A DNA stretch of 64,000 bases from Marsupella aquatica (lineage: Eukaryota; Plantae; Marchantiophyta), in contig OZ316897.1 in NCBI GenBank assembly GCA_973895155.1, forward strand, positions 18,510,457-18,574,456, written 5' to 3'. The position numbers and the translations under genes were made by a program. The number at the start of each line of letters is the position of its first letter. Positions within the stretch are counted from its first letter, which is position 1. Below, one piece after another: positions 52,201 through 63,960 of the stretch. The notes beneath the pieces were generated by a model. The model ran no database searches and was not told the origin of the DNA. It saw only the letters and a list, made by a program, of their open reading frames with translations.

Positions 52201-54560
52201 CTTCTTGTACAACCGATCTGAGGCATCCTCTCGGTAGTACTTCTCTCTGAGGGCCTTGAATAAGGATACGCAATCCTCGTAGTTGTCCAGCTTCTTAATG
52301 ATATGCGGCTTCAGATACAGCATAACCGCATTCATAACAATCACTTGCTCTTGCCTCCATTTCCTCAACGGGATCTCCTCCTCACTGCTAGACTCCTCCC
52401 GAGTCGATAGCAGATGATCTAGGCCCATAGCACGAAGAATTCCCTTAACCTGCTTCTCCCATAGCAAATAATCTGTGCGCCCATCATATTTTTCCACCTC
52501 AAACTTGACACCTCCAAACTTGGATGCCATCGTTGTCCTCCCAACGTTCTCCACGTGCTATTGCTGTGCTGCTCCCTATATGCTTTTTCCTTCCTTCCTT
52601 CGCGTTGACTCAAATCCAAATCACGAAAAAATGTCGTTTTTCGCAACTTTCCAAAAACCTTGAAACTTGTCACCGCCACTTAGCCCACCAACCTAGCAAG
52701 CCAACGCTGAAATCCGAAATCGAAACCGAGTTCCGACGAAAAACTTTTTCACATTTCGGTCGGGGTGGGTAAAACTCAAAAATTCTCTCCCGTTTTGACC
52801 ACCTCGGGGAATAAGAAAATATCCAAGTACCACCCGTCGTCGGAAATGGAAATCGAGTGGTGCACCGCGTTGCTAGCTTCAGTGGCTACGTTCTCGCCAA
52901 AAAAGATCCGAAAAAGTTACCGTTCGGACCTTGGAATCTTTGACTAAAGGCCGAAAAACAGCTCTCTGTTTTTTCGGAATATTCCTTGGACTGTGAAACA
53001 GGTCTCACAGGGGGCCGTTCCCCCTGTCCAAGCGGTTAATTTGGTGGGTCACCGGGCCCGAGATGTCGCTTAACCAATGAGGAGCCTGGAAAGGATTAAA
53101 AAACCGGGCCTAAGGGGGTTTAAGAACACAAAAATACTGTCTTAAAAAAGGCGCATCCGCGAGGCCTATACGCGTGACGGGCCAGGCAATGCACAGGGGG
53201 TCGGGGAGTCAAAAACCGAGTCAAAATGGGCAGGGATGGAGCTGCGACGACCAGGACGTCCGGGACGGCCGCGAAGTCCGCGCCGGCCGTGACGTCTGGG
53301 ACGGCCGGGACGTCCGCAATGGGAGTATTAGCGAGGAGGAGGAGGGGGTCGCCAACGGGGTATTGACAGGGGTGCAAGGGTCGGGAGGGTGTGTATACAC
53401 ACCACCAAAAAGGCCCTATTCTAAGGCAAAATGTGCACAAAAAATAAAAAATAAAAATTGTTGGGTTACTCACACTGCCGTTATCACTTTACACCAGATA
53501 AAGACTAGTTGTCGACGGGAAATGTTACCGAATTGCACCGGCACCGTTTGCAACTCTAGCAGAGTAAAAAATTCCCATCACGACTCCTTCACTCCGCGTC
53601 AAGTGTCAATCTTGGACTCAAAACGACCACTGCACCGCGATCTCTCCGTTGAGCCGTTGCACTTCCCGTTTCTTCCTTTGAGTCGAACGCAACGACTAGA
53701 AACCCCGCTTCAGTCAAAAGAAGACTCCATAGCCAGTCAGAAACTCAGAACGGCTCTTTTGCTTGGTACATCGCACTCACTACACCCTCGATAGCAAACC
53801 AGCTACCGAAATGATCAGCTTTGCCCGATCTACGATTTGAGCTAAAGGTTGTGACGCCTCGCGCACCACAAAGCTCACACCGTCGGGAAAACGATCTCAG
53901 TTCCCCCCAAAAAGAACCGTCGAAGAAAACCGTCGAACACGAATCACAAAAAATCCAGAACGACGGAAACGTCAATTCCTCTGCACCACGAACTCCATTC
54001 AGAGATTTCTTTGCACTGTCAGAAAGCCCTTGCCCCGATCTATCCGTTGAGCCCAACACCTCCAAGTTCCATGCAATAGATCTCCGTGAAATCCACCAAC
54101 TCTAACCGCTGGAAAAACCGTCACCAACACGTCACAAAAATTTTGATCACCTCAACGTCACCTCCCAGGCTTGCTCTGATACCAATTGTTGAACTAAGAC
54201 GTCATTCGCAACGACCATACAACCATGACTCATTCTATGCACACGTAGTCGACACAATCTCTACGTGGTTCACCTCTTCTCCAAGGCTACGTCCACACGA
54301 ACACTCAAGCTTTACTTCAAGAGTAGACGAACACACATGCTCTCTCTCTTCCTCCTGTTGTTCTGTTACAATGAGTAAGCACCACTCACCAGCGGCTTAC
54401 ACTAGCCCTGGTATATACAAGGTCACACACGACTAATCTAACCTCAGCTAAGATCCTAACTGTGGTTAGCCTAAGTGCCGTAACCTATGAGTCACAAGAC
54501 TAAGAGCAATCCTTAACAACTTCATACTTGGGTCCCCCAAGCTTGAATGTCCCCATCTTC
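43254..54560 (-). mobile_element. Ty1/Copia retrotransposon 'B', old and frameshifted, host of Copia C; 5' LTR not seen
   Basis: 3' LTR 43254-43598 next to the PPT (CTCCCCCTT on +). RNase H, RT, INT, PR and gag fragments span 43816-47830. The gag N-terminus (MGTFKLGGPKYEVTKYD) is split by Copia C and starts near 54557. Confidence 0.9.
47864..54518 (-). mobile_element. Ty1/Copia retrotransposon 'C', young and nearly intact
   Basis: 332-bp LTRs at 47864-48195 and 54187-54518 (5 transitions counted by eye), TSD ACTTC, PBS at 54173-54184, PPT at about 48198-48207. gag is 52554-51628 and pol is 51627-48400, with one stop at 50131. Confidence 0.97.
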
Positions 54561-55006
54561 TTCTTTGGCACTACCGTGAGCTCCGGTAGTAGTACTACTT
54601 CCTCCACCACACGCCGCACCGGTGATGGTTGTGATGCCTAGCCAGGAATCACTCGGCCAGTTAAGTGGGTAAAGCAGGAATGCACCCTGGAAACACCTTA
54701 GTATAGGGACAAAACAAGGAAAATATAAACAATTAGGGGCGACTATGGAACCCGGGCCGAGGCCAGATGTAAGGACGCTGGGGGTGAAAACTCGATTAGG
54801 GTTAGGGCGCGCTAAGCATCGGCGGCTAGGAAGGATCAACGGAAGGAAGGGCCGGAAGAGGAGGGGCGGTAAGGAGCGCTTACAGGAAATGGTGGCTCAT
54901 TTGCGAGCACGAACTAGGCAGACGACTACGGAAGGCCAACTACTGTCAGCTGCTTAGGCAAGCACTCGGGGAGAGAGTAGATACCAACGATCGACCTAAG
55001 GAGGGT

Positions 55007-56640
55007 ATGAGCAACGTCAATCAAGCGGCACATTTCTGGGGATGCCTGTTCGAACGGGCAACTGAGTACATCAAGACTTACGAGGATGAAGAATCAGAAA
55101 GAGCAGCTCGAGAACGACAGGAGCTCGCTCGATTGTGGGAGCTGCAGAAAATGGCTTTCTTAGGAGGCGAACTCATCAAGGCCGAGTTCTTGTGGACTCC
55201 TACTTCCAATCAGCTCGACGATCTTTTGTTTTGCAAAGACAGAATCATCGGCATTCGAGAGGCCATCAAGAACTGCAACGACATACACTGGGAATTGAAG
55301 GGTAGCACGGAAAGGTGGACCCAGGCAACGGTGCTAGGAGAAACCTCCACGGCAACCGAGATGAAGAGGAAGGGAGCCGTCAACGATGAAGCCACCTCGG
55401 CAAAAAGAACAAGGTCGGCGGCACCAAAGAGGCCAGCCGAGCAGCAGAGCAGGAGGCAGGGAGAAGCCGAAGTGGAGGAGGTCGATCCCATTAATGCCAT
55501 TCCAACCAGGGATGACACCTGGAAGGGCTGGGCGGCAACTCTACCAGTGGAGGTGCAACTACATTTTGCACGGGAGGAGGATGCATGCTTTACGGCCATG
55601 CAGACCAAGAAGTACCAAGGCTTCATGGCCGGATCCGGCTTAGAGGCCTTTGTAAGATTACCATGGCTGAAGCCGGAAGTGCCGGATTCTGACCTATTAG
55701 AATTCGTGGGGTCATGGGAACCCGAGACCAATTGCACGAGGATATATGGGAAGGATTTCTATCTTACTCCCAAGGTAATTGCCGAAGTGTTTGGCTTGCC
55801 GATAGGCAATAAGACCAAGGTTGATACCAGGAAGACCTTGCCTGACAAAGAGTTCCGGTCGTTCCCTGGGCCATCAACGAAGAATGGCTTCTTCCGGAAC
55901 ACCTGCACCAACCCGCACATAGGAGAGATGATCGACCTTCTTGCGGGTGACCATGCATTGTAACTTGCCAAGAGCAGAGATCGGCAAGGCACAAGTCTAT
56001 CTGGCAGAGAGGCCAGACCCAAGCCGGGACTACAACAGCTACCTCCTCAACCAATTGAAGAAGATCTTAAAGAAGGAGCAGCAGGTAATCGGCATGGGGA
56101 GCGTGTCGCGGCTTGGCTATCACATGCCGCTGTTGTGCCGGTATGCCAGAGGTCAGACCTTTGCCCCAGTACTTCCCCTGCAGGTAAGGACACCCGTCGA
56201 AGCTCCAACACCGAGGCCGGTAGCAGAGAAGCCTCAACCACCTGTCAGCCCTACGATGGACCAGGTGTTTAGGCCAAGGACGGAGGACTTGCCGATGCAG
56301 CAACCAGGCATACAGAGTCTGCTGAAACTGCTGGAGAAAGAAAAGAGATCGGCAACGACAACGGCAACGGCAACAATGCAGGACACTGCCCCAGAGGTCA
56401 ATCTAAATCGGCTTACAAGGGAAAACCCCTTTACCGGAAATAAGGAGAGAATCAGGCCAGAATCCAAGCCGGGTGTTCGAATGTACGTAGGAGTCTCAAG
56501 CTCTGAATCTGAGGAAGAATTGCCTGAAGCTCCTACCAACGAAGAAGAGAGGAAGAAGCCGGAAGTCCAAGAAGTAGTGGAGGCAGTGGAGGACTGCAGC
56601 CCTGATAACTCCGGCTATGGGTCGGACCATCACGTTCCAA
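55007..56640 (+). CDS. Retrotransposon accessory-type ORF (Transposase_32/ATHILA-ORF1-like), one frameshift, antisense to Copia B
   Basis: GLEAFVRLPW...LLEFVGSW...IYGKDFYLTPKVIAEVFGLPIG resembles plant LTR accessory ORFs. It continues after a frameshift near 55945 and becomes AT-rich junk after about 56645. Confidence 0.5.
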
Positions 56641-56929
56641 GAGTAAGGATCAGTCTATTCATTAAAACTGGAAAATTCTTTGATCTTTGGACATTTAGGC
56701 ACCAAAAAATATATATTTGGGCACAAGAATTGTACATTTGGGCAGTGGGAGTTGTACATTTGGGCACTAGATGTTGTACATTTGGGGGATCAAGATTGTA
56801 CATAGAAGAAAATGAAATATTAATTTGGATTCTAAATAAAAACATTTGGGTGATAATAATGTAAAATATGTTGGATAAGAAGTAGAACTTACTTACATTG
56901 ATTCAATTTGACTAATAGAATATAAGTGT

Positions 56930-57031
56930 CTAGTAAAGCTTCAATATGATCTCTACCCATATAACTAGTAAAGCTTCAAATAATATGATCTCTACCCATA
57001 TAACTAGTAAAGCTTCAATATGATCTCTACC
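56930..57031. repeat. Tandem repeat, 3 x about 35 bp, inside the DNA transposon
   Basis: CTAGTAAAGCTTCAATATGATCTCTACCCATATAA occurs three times. A second 44-bp duplication lies at about 57391-57482. Confidence 0.8.
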
Positions 57032-57507
57032 CTTAGCTAGCTAAATTAACCTTCTACTTAGTTACTAATTGAGAGAATTTAATATATTAAATTTGAATGA
57101 TACCTGGCTTACAATCCATTCAGACAAGTAATTTGTTACATTCTAAGCAACTCGAGTTGAAACTAAGGTTTACTAGTAGACAGTTCTAAGAGACACTCAC
57201 ATCCTATCATGGATATTAAGATTTCATGTAATATATAGTCTGTATTGATATAATAATTAATTAAAGCAATTATAAAGGTATCCAAGTCCAATATCCTCCA
57301 CCTAATCAAACTAGTATCCCAAAATATTATAATAATTAGTTACTTAAATAGATATATACTACTTAGTACTAACCAACAGTAAGTACTAAAGACATGTCTG
57401 ATTCCAAACTAATTGACATAGACTCCCTCACTCTGACATGTCTAATTCCAAACTAAATGACATAGACTCCCTCACTTTGACAGAGTGACTACTAAAAAAT
57501 ATTTGAC

Positions 57508-60500
57508 TTACTCAACAATCCCTTCCATGTAGGTTTTGAGTGTTTTCAAAACATTCTTGGGAATGGTCAAACCTCTATCAATTATATTTTCTTCTCTAGA
57601 GCGTGACTTGAATCCATACATAGCAGAATTAGCAAATTGCCAACATTCAGTGGCACTGTCAAACCCAGGATCCACCTCCCAAGTCTTAGTGGTCTGAAAG
57701 CAACGTGAATATCGCACATGATCCGGTGCATCATGCTTACCATGTTTAGGCCTCCACCATTGCACTTGGAACATAGGAGCATACCGTGTACTAGTAGGAG
57801 AATTCTCATTACATTGCAAGTCTCCTGAAGGAACTTGAACATGGTTTGGGTCCACAACACCCAAAGCTCTCACCAACCAGAAACGTTCTTTCCCATTCTT
57901 CTTTTCCCATTCATCCTCTAGACGGAGAAATACAAAGTGACCCTCTTGAATGTCCTGCAGAGGAATCCAACGTGCAAGTTCTCGCTCGTGTCGAGCGCCA
58001 ACAAATGTTGCAGCTTGATCCTCCATCTCTTCCAGGTACTCATTCTGAAGCTCCACCATTTGTGGATTCTGTGTACTACTACTAGGCTCCCCCAATGGTT
58101 CAGAGGTTCCTGTACTACTAACCTTGTAACCAGTTCCGTGGTTAGTTTTTGGCCAGAATTCATATGTCAATGCTAACTGTATTTCTACCTCCCCTTCAAT
58201 TGTAAGCTCCCCAGATAATACTTGCACCACCATCTCCCAATATTTCACCAAAGGAAACCGCTCACGATATGCTGTAGAGGTTTCATCCTTACAACCCTTC
58301 TTCAAAAACTCAATGTAACGATTAAGGAATGAGATGATTTCTTCAACCTTGCCTCGTACATCCCTAGAGATGGGTTTTGCAAATGGTTGACCTTCTGGTA
58401 AAATGAGAGCATTGGTGCTGGAATCAGTTCTCCAAATGGACCTTCCGGTTGGAGGGTACCAAGGTTGTTTCACATGTGCTTTGTATTGATGTATTGGAAC
58501 ATTATCTCTCATAGAGAAAAGAAATGCCACTGGTTTTGAGTGACCCTCTATGTCTTTTACCTTGAAAGTTTTCAAAAACTCTTTGTAAGCTGCAACCTCT
58601 TGGATCAACCGTGGGACAGGATGAATGCTTTCACACTCCCAAGCCTCAACCATCAACCCCAAGAGGGTAGAAACCTCCTTGTACTTCACTTGGTTGGATA
58701 CTTTTGAAAACAATGCATCAACATCCTCATTGGGATCCTCATGGGTGTGACCAACCATGAGAAACGACATTTGCACTGTTTCAAAAACCCCTCTACTAAC
58801 AAGCTCACTGCAAAATGCCATCACGTACTGGTTTTTGTTATCTTTCCCTGAATTATCCATTTGCAAGGTCAGGTGCCTTGGCAATGGTTTGAAAGAGATA
58901 GATGTAGCCTTGGGATCAACACCAAAGTAGTCTTGGTCATCTTCAGCTCCTTGAAATCTAGCAATTGAGACTTTTTTGGGTTCTAAGTAACCTGCGAGAA
59001 ATGCTTCCAAGTCCAAAAGAGATTGAAAAATTGGCCTCGTTGCAGCCCAATATAATCCTTCAAGGAGGTCTCCAGATTTGTCCCCCTTGTAATCCTCCAG
59101 ATCTCTAAGGCACTTGGCCAATGATGTCACTGTGAAGTCTGCATCTCCCGGCCAAAGCCCAGTGAAACTGACGTGAGCATACACTTCGGGATCCCTTCCA
59201 TGGGTCAACATCCCAGTGAGCGCAATGGGGAGCGGTTGACCACTACCAGACAATGATTTAGGAGTGGGGACCAACCTAGGGATCCATGTCTTGGCCTGGT
59301 CCATCTTGTCATGTATAATGCAAAGATAGTTCTTAGGATCCTTCTTCGCAAGAACCCTATGAGCATAGTAAACATATCTCCTAGACATTTGCTCACGAAG
59401 ATGGCGAGCTCTTCTTTCCTCAATCTCCAAACGCTCTTTCTTTCTCTTCTCCCGCATCAAATGATCTTTGAACTCAGTGCAAAGTGTACACTTTGCAAAT
59501 GCACTTCCCTTGTGAAAGTCAAAATTCATGAAGGACTCACTCCAGAGTTTATACATAGTGTTTTCACTCACCTTCACGTAGCCATCTAATTCCATTTTTG
59601 AGTATACCTCCTCAAAAATCTCTTTCTTCGTGAAACAAGATGGAAGTCTGTACTCAACCGTGTCAGTCCCGTGAGACCCTCCATAGGGAAGATGCGGCAT
59701 GGGTTCTCCGTTTTGGGTTAGAATGGACTCCAACAAAGCACGAGCATGCAAGGTGCTTCCCCGTGCCTTGTGTGAACCGTTGTTTCCGTGGAATCCAACA
59801 GTGCAACCTGCTTCATATTGATTTTTGTAATCATAATACTTGGCAGTGCTGAATCCATGCATTTTAATAAATGCACCCTTGCAAACAAGTCTACTTCTTA
59901 CAACAAAATATCCTTTTGTCTCCACTTCCTTCTCCCTACAGCCAAAAAGAGTGAGAATGTGACTAGTTTTGTTGTCGCTTGACATCCCATGGTATTCCCT
60001 CCTTATCGCCTGTAGGTCTTCTCTCGGCATGCTGAGGCAACACTTCAACTTACAACAACCTTCTCTTTGGATGGAGTCGATTTCCTCCTCTGTGATTTTC
60101 AATATCGCCCGAGACTCCAAGTGCTTCTTCCTTTTTTCATCTGGGTTGACCTTCGTTCTCTTGATGAAATTATACGGGCGCTTCGAAAACTCAGTGTCAC
60201 CTTTCATATCTACCTCTAGATGATCTCGACCATCAATAATTGGTTTTGGAGAAACCTCTTCAATGAGATCCAGAAGAAAAATACCCCTTGATATCAGCAG
60301 AAGTGAACGGACGGCCCACCTAACAAGACCAGGCACTCCTGGGGAGATATTTGGGAAAAATAGAGGGTCAATCACGCGTGTGACAGCAACCCCAACGTGA
60401 TCTGGTCCAAGAACATCATCATCAATTGCACCTGACTCGAAAGGAACTGTGATGATGCCAACCCCCACTTTGGTCCGATTATCCTTAGCATACAATTCCA

Positions 60501-61212
60501 CCTCCTCGGTCATCCAATTAGAACGCAAACTATAATCCTTGAAATTATAATTTGAAAAAACATCCCGTGTGGACAGGTTGTTTAACATATCCTGGGAAGA
60601 ACTCCTCCGAGTAACATCCTTTAAATTCCAGAATACAAAAGTGTCCAATGCTTCCTGAATGGTATCGGCTCCATTGTGAGGAAAGGATAACCTCTCCCTT
60701 CCTTGAAAAACTTCACATATTTTCACACTAATCCTAGAAGTGCCAAGTCTTTCATTGTGACAGGTCTCATCGGGATTCGTCTTGAACACAAATCCACGAG
60801 CCACAATCTGATTGCCGATCCAGAGCTCAACTTCATCGCCAGATATAATCGAGTCTCCAAAACTTCCCACCGAAGATTTGTCTGGTACAAAACCGGGAAA
60901 CGTATCCTTTGTAGAACAAGAGGCATCCATTTGTGTTGTCGCTGGAGTTGACTGTGACTTCAAATATGCAAAACAGGCATCCCAAATAATGCAGGAGTCG
61001 ACAACATCAAAGAGGGTCCTGATCGGCGGCAAAGGGTAAGGAATTTCCCGTGATCCCTCATAGCACTTCTCAATGAGAACTCCTATACGATTACTTCCCA
61101 AATCAACATTACGCACTGAGTCACTCGGGTCAACCTTGAGGACGGTCCCGCAAGCAACTTCCACTCCGTCGATTATGAGGCAAACCTTGTCCCCTCGAAA
61201 GAAAATCCCCAT
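57508..61212 (-). CDS. DUF7869-type (Sola1-like) DDD transposase with three N-terminal TNP1/EnSpm-like repeats
   Basis: Intronless ORF of about 1235 aa from the ATG at 61212. Motifs: CCKLKC, VCKGAF..HG, AKCTLC, IIHDKMDQAK, LTLQMDNSGKDNKNQY and SFLMVGHTHED..VDALFS. Confidence 0.8.
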   Translation of the reverse strand: MGIFFRGDKVCLIIDGVEVACGTVLKVDPSDSVRNVDLGSNRIGVLIEKCYEGSREIPYPLPPIRTLFDVVDSCIIWDACFAYLKSQSTPATTQMDASCSTKDTFPGFVPDKSSVGSFGDSIISGDEVELWIGNQIVARGFVFKTNPDETCHNERLGTSRISVKICEVFQGRERLSFPHNGADTIQEALDTFVFWNLKDVTRRSSSQDMLNNLSTRDVFSNYNFKDYSLRSNWMTEEVELYAKDNRTKVGVGIITVPFESGAIDDDVLGPDHVGVAVTRVIDPLFFPNISPGVPGLVRWAVRSLLLISRGIFLLDLIEEVSPKPIIDGRDHLEVDMKGDTEFSKRPYNFIKRTKVNPDEKRKKHLESRAILKITEEEIDSIQREGCCKLKCCLSMPREDLQAIRREYHGMSSDNKTSHILTLFGCREKEVETKGYFVVRSRLVCKGAFIKMHGFSTAKYYDYKNQYEAGCTVGFHGNNGSHKARGSTLHARALLESILTQNGEPMPHLPYGGSHGTDTVEYRLPSCFTKKEIFEEVYSKMELDGYVKVSENTMYKLWSESFMNFDFHKGSAFAKCTLCTEFKDHLMREKRKKERLEIEERRARHLREQMSRRYVYYAHRVLAKKDPKNYLCIIHDKMDQAKTWIPRLVPTPKSLSGSGQPLPIALTGMLTHGRDPEVYAHVSFTGLWPGDADFTVTSLAKCLRDLEDYKGDKSGDLLEGLYWAATRPIFQSLLDLEAFLAGYLEPKKVSIARFQGAEDDQDYFGVDPKATSISFKPLPRHLTLQMDNSGKDNKNQYVMAFCSELVSRGVFETVQMSFLMVGHTHEDPNEDVDALFSKVSNQVKYKEVSTLLGLMVEAWECESIHPVPRLIQEVAAYKEFLKTFKVKDIEGHSKPVAFLFSMRDNVPIHQYKAHVKQPWYPPTGRSIWRTDSSTNALILPEGQPFAKPISRDVRGKVEEIISFLNRYIEFLKKGCKDETSTAYRERFPLVKYWEMVVQVLSGELTIEGEVEIQLALTYEFWPKTNHGTGYKVSSTGTSEPLGEPSSSTQNPQMVELQNEYLEEMEDQAATFVGARHERELARWIPLQDIQEGHFVFLRLEDEWEKKNGKERFWLVRALGVVDPNHVQVPSGDLQCNENSPTSTRYAPMFQVQWWRPKHGKHDAPDHVRYSRCFQTTKTWEVDPGFDSATECWQFANSAMYGFKSRSREENIIDRGLTIPKNVLKTLKTYMEGIVE

Positions 61213-61248
61213 TTTGAAAACGTGGTCCAAACTGTTGGATGTAGTTAC

Positions 61249-63675
61249 CTCGAGATGATCTCGAAGTAAAACTACAAACCAAAAAACCAAAAACAAACCA
61301 AAAAACCCAAGTGTAGAAGTTTATCCCACAAAATTGTGTGATAGAGAAAATAAGAAACTCTTCTACCTCGAGACGATCTCGAGGTAGAAGAGGGACAAAA
61401 AACTCCAATATGTAAAAATTCAGAAGTATTTACCTCGAGACAATCTCGAGGTAAAATATGAAATCTCAATGAATAGCAAATTCAGATTCTATACCTCCGA
61501 CTCTCTACAAACTCAATTATAAGAAGGAAAACCGAATGCACCATTAGAAAGAAGGCAAAAGTGAATAAGTTTGAGGATCAAACTTATGACTCGAGATGAT
61601 CTCGAGCCAAAAAGGATATTGTATTTGACAAAGAAACTATTATGAATAATAAGCCACCCAAAATAAGAGCATATAATGGCTCTAGATGATCTAGAGGAAT
61701 GATTTGGTGCAATTAAGAAAGTAGGCTCCCAGTTTACGTCCAGACACTGAGAAATAGCTTCTAAGAGGCCATCAAATAGAGGGAAAATGCTTCCAAATGG
61801 ATTTTGACCGACAATAGTATAAGATGAAAAGGTTTGGTTTTCTAAAAGATAGGAGCTCAATTATTTTAGACCTCCTTCAAGGCTTACAATGAGAATTTCT
61901 CAAAATATCCTAAACACAAACGTAGAGTCCACAAACCTTGAAAAGAACAACAGAAAGAGATCAGAGCAGAAATCTAGAGCCAAAGAGAGGGAGAGGGGGA
62001 GGGAGAGAGAGGCAGAGGGAGAAATGAGCGAGCAATGAAACGAAATGAGAAGAATGACCCGCTGGAGACCAAAGAGAAGCAATATATAAAACCCTGACAA
62101 ACAAAAAGGCCAATAAGACGGCTTCGTTGAACTTGTGTCACGGCTAAACTCACGGCAGGGTTGAAGTACGGATAACAATAATGACAACACGTGTGACCGT
62201 AATAATGACTGTACGCACCCAGCAGGTTGCGTGGCAACCTGTCTAAGCCTGCATGAGCCCGAGCACGCTTGGCACGGCCAAGGCCGACCCCCAAGGGGCT
62301 TATAGTGGCTTCAGGGGTTTTGAAGTCCCCATTTTCACATTCACCTCCTTGCCTCTTTGCCTCCTCGCGTCCCTTGCCTCCTTGCCTCTAGATTGTTTTG
62401 CGCTCTTGCCTCGAGATCCTTGTATTACCCTCGAGATTGCAGAGGGTCGAGATTAGGTTTTCCTCGAGATTTTATAGTGTCAAGATTTTGTGTTTAAGCT
62501 AGAGCTTCGATAGGGTCGAGATATTGTGTTTAGGCTCGAGATTTGTTTAAGTTCTCAGCCCGTAGTACGTTCCTTTCTTCACCAGCCATGTCGACTGTTG
62601 TAGATTTCTCCAAGGAGGACTTCGCTGAGTACAACCTTGCAACCGTTGGCGAAGAGCTTCAGACCCATCTAGACTCAGCGTATCAGATCCATCGCACCAT
62701 TAAACATAATTCATCATCTTTGTTCTGTTCAGGTTTAACTCGAGATCGTCTCGAGCTTCAATTGGTCCACTTGTTTCTGGATTCCTTGGATGCAGTTGAG
62801 GCTCGAGATCATCTCGAGCCTATTGATGTTTTCTGCAATACTTTGCTTCAAAAGTTGTGATCTATCAATTGATTTTGCATTTGATTTAAGTGGCATGAGG
62901 CTCGAGATCGTCTCGAGCCAATATGCAATTCCTGCATGTGACCTAGTGAGATTTCTTCAAGTTGGAAACCCTTATCCTTCAAAAGTGAAACATCAAATCC
63001 AAAAAATCTAAAATTTCCTTCCTCCAGGGACTTCTGTACCCTCCAACTCGTTCTGATTATTGACATCCGAACGGGTTTGTGGGTATCAGAAGTCAATGGA
63101 GAAAGTGGATTTTAATCATTGATTGAATATGATGTTCATTGTTGAATATGATATTCGGATCACTCGTTTGACATGTTAGGCTCGAGATCGTCTCGAGCCA
63201 AATATATCCCTCACCATCTTCCTTTATGGTCATTCGTATCCCTTGGCCAATTTCTTCCAGTTGGAAGGACTCCATGTCGTCAACTACTAATATCCTTTTC
63301 ATTGTGATCCAAGCTTGCCTTTTGGACCACTTTCTTAGTCCTCCAACTTGTTTGTGAAGATGACAAACCACTGAGTTAGAGGGTTTTGAATGTGGTCGAA
63401 TAGGTGACATTGGATCATTCTTGAAAATGTTGTTCGTTAAATTTGACTGGTTCATGATATGCAATGGAATAAAACCTCAACTGATATATATGAGGATCGA
63501 GATCTTTTAAACAGATGGTGGATCGAGATCATCTCGAGCCTATTGTGTTTCCTAACTATTGTGTTATATTTTTAGATTTCTTGGGTTTGAAATCTCTTTT
63601 TAAATTCCACGGATGAAATGGCATTGGGACATGTTAGACTATTAAACTTAAAAGGAAGATCGAGATCATCTCGAG
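61249..63675. repeat. Dispersed 17-bp palindrome CTCGAGATNRTCTCGAG, at least 10 copies
   Basis: Copies near 61249, 61367, 61434, 61590, 61682, 62739, 62802, 62901, 63181, 63523 and 63660. Confidence 0.8.
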
Positions 63676-63960
63676 CCACCTATTTGTTTCTTGGTTTTGC
63701 AGTACATGTTTCTGACAGTTGCTACATTTTGGCTGTACTAGGTGCAAAATTGGGATCGCCCAATTTGGTAGTCGAAGATGAACATGCAATCAAGGTTTCC
63801 TGCCCTGGACAGGGTTTATTTGGATTCTGTTGGGCCATTGAGCTTGCTGAAACTGAAGACATGGAAGGAACTATTATTTGTGTGAAGACGAGGTCTCCAT
63901 CAGTCGATCCTCTAGTGTGCAGCCTTCTAGGGCCTATTGTTTCTATTGTGACGAGTAACG
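62588..63960 (+). CDS. Putative divergent multi-exon gene of unknown function, possibly a transposon accessory gene
   Basis: ATG exon 62588-62732 (MSTVVDFSKEDFAEYNL..., CAG|GT) and an open AG..GTAAG-bounded exon 63703-63960 (HVSDSCYILAVLG...CWAIEL...). The middle exons are unresolved. Confidence 0.3.

Noticed and set aside
53174-54436. ORFs in the Copia C leader/LTR (206 aa and others)
   Set aside because: No recognisable domain. They lie in GC-rich leader sequence with short repeats and run into the LTR.
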